Position numbers and translations under genes: made by a program | Shown here: positions 62,782 through 64,000 of the stretch, piece after piece | How positions within the stretch are numbered: the stretch's first letter is position 1 | How the letters are laid out: each line of letters opens with the position of its first letter | Source: an uncultured archaeon | Lineage (GTDB): Archaea > Nanobdellota > Nanobdellia > Woesearchaeales > CAIVOO01 | DNA: 64,000 nucleotides | Direction: 5' to 3' | Assembly: GCA_903904885.1 (NCBI GenBank) | Contig: CAIVED010000037.1 | Location: forward strand, 2,032-66,031 | The notes under the pieces: model-generated | Told to the model about the DNA's origin: nothing | Database searches by the model: none | Seen by the model: only the letters and a program-made list of their open reading frames with translations

Positions 62782-64000
62782 ATGAATAAGAGCGCGATAA
62801 GAGGCATTGTAGCATTGTTTGTGTTTATTTTCTGCTTGAATTTTGCAAATGCAGCCAATTGCGGCGGAGCAACGGCATGCAATTGCGGGGATAATCTGAC
62901 CGATTCTAGAACTTTTGACGGTTCTGATAACCTGATCAATTGTGCTGGAACAGGACTGGAAATAGGAACAAGCAATCTCACTTTGGACTGCAATGGCTAT
63001 CTTATTAATTACAGCAAGACTCAAACCGGATTGGGGATAAATGCGACTGGGCGCTCAAATATAACAGTAACAAACTGCTGGATAAACCAGGTTGCAGCAA
63101 ATCCGGATTCTCATGCAATATATCTTAATTCTGCCAATGGGATTATAACAAATAATAATATTACAACAATAGGCCAGTGGAGCGACGCAGTTACATTGAT
63201 TGCAGGCGCGGATAATACTCTTGTTTCGGGAAACAGGTTTAATGGGACTGCCAGCGGTTTCAATGGAATCCTTTTGGATATTCAGTCTGATTCAAATATG
63301 CTTCTTGGCAACTATATCACATTCGGGGGCCTGATGGAAGCATTGATTTTTGAGCTTGGTGCAGACAATAACCAAATTATAAATAACACAATTTTATTTT
63401 ATGGGGGCGCTACCACTTCGGATACAATTTATATTTCAGCAAGCAGCAATAATAATTTTACTGGGAATGTCATCCTAAACACACGATCATCTGGTGGAAA
63501 TGGAATCAGTCTTGCTGGAGGCAGCAGCGGAAACAGGTTCTATAATAATTTCATCAATGCAACTTACCAGGTTGATGGAGCATCAGCCTCATATGCAAAT
63601 TACTGGAACACGACAAAGCAGTCATCAACTAATATTATGGGCGGGTCTTTTTTGGGAGGAAATTATTATGCTGACCGTTTAGGCACAGGATTTTCCCAGA
63701 CCTGCACAGACGCTAATTCCGACGGAATCTGCGACAGCACAAATTCTTTTTCAGTGAACAATGTTGATTACCTTCCTCTGGCCAATCCTCCGATTCCTAT
63801 AGGCTGCGTCGGAGCAACACACACTTTTGTCTGCGGTGAGAACATAACTGAGTCCTGCACAATGAGCGGGGATTTGAACAGCACATCAACTTGTTTCACG
63901 GTAAATGCGAGCAATATTGTTTTGGATGGAGCAGGTCATACATTAACCGGAACATCTCATAACGGGTATGGAATAGATAACGAGGGTTACGAGAATGTAA
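62782..64000 (+). CDS. secreted parallel beta-helix (NosD/CASH-like) surface protein, runs off window
   Basis: Not in the track. Signal peptide, Asn-rich repeats (NITVTNCWIN, NNNITT, GNRFN), YWNT..GGNYY..DYLPL, then a second CG..ITESCTM..VLDGAG module. Confidence 0.8.
   Translation, partial: MNKSAIRGIVALFVFIFCLNFANAANCGGATACNCGDNLTDSRTFDGSDNLINCAGTGLEIGTSNLTLDCNGYLINYSKTQTGLGINATGRSNITVTNCWINQVAANPDSHAIYLNSANGIITNNNITTIGQWSDAVTLIAGADNTLVSGNRFNGTASGFNGILLDIQSDSNMLLGNYITFGGLMEALIFELGADNNQIINNTILFYGGATTSDTIYISASSNNNFTGNVILNTRSSGGNGISLAGGSSGNRFYNNFINATYQVDGASASYANYWNTTKQSSTNIMGGSFLGGNYYADRLGTGFSQTCTDANSDGICDSTNSFSVNNVDYLPLANPPIPIGCVGATHTFVCGENITESCTMSGDLNSTSTCFTVNASNIVLDGAGHTLTGTSHNGYGIDNEGYENV

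Noticed and set aside
1-64000. rRNA genes, IS elements
   Set aside because: No rRNA-like conserved sequence and no transposase ORF were recognised anywhere in the window.

Overview
This is a compact archaeal chromosomal segment, most likely from a DPANN/Woesearchaeota-like organism (inferred from the Methanococcales-type S-layer gene, e-type ribosomal proteins, intron-bearing tRNAs, a UAU-anticodon tRNA-Ile and tight gene packing). Housekeeping content includes an AglB/STT3-like transferase (runs off the left end) divergent from an S-layer gene, gins15-rpl44e-rps27e-eIF2alpha-nop10, eno, scpA-pfdA-ftsY, lhr, rps19e-rpl39e-rpl31e, srp54, mgtA and porCDAB. There are six tRNA genes, all with canonical 37/38 introns, and two carry a second D-loop insertion. 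An accessory tract of about 18.7-37 kb holds orphans, two AEP-like proteins and several enzymes with altered active sites. No rRNA, CRISPR array, integrase or transposase is visible. The most striking unexplained signal is a dispersed intergenic element in five copies (4520, 11926, 16768, 48178, 56230). Its stems show compensatory base changes, its spacers have near-fixed length, and two copies carry inserted bulged AGAAAA..TTTTCT mini-palindromes, which suggests an undescribed structured RNA or REP/MITE-like family. Other candidates are a FecR + CHASE2 class III cyclase pair, a duplicated MNT-HEPN fusion with CBS and a tandem paralog pair, a degenerate DAC-like + AdoMetDC-like pair, and a two-member Cys-patterned surface-protein family. 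All protein calls come from motifs read by eye, and no database search was run.
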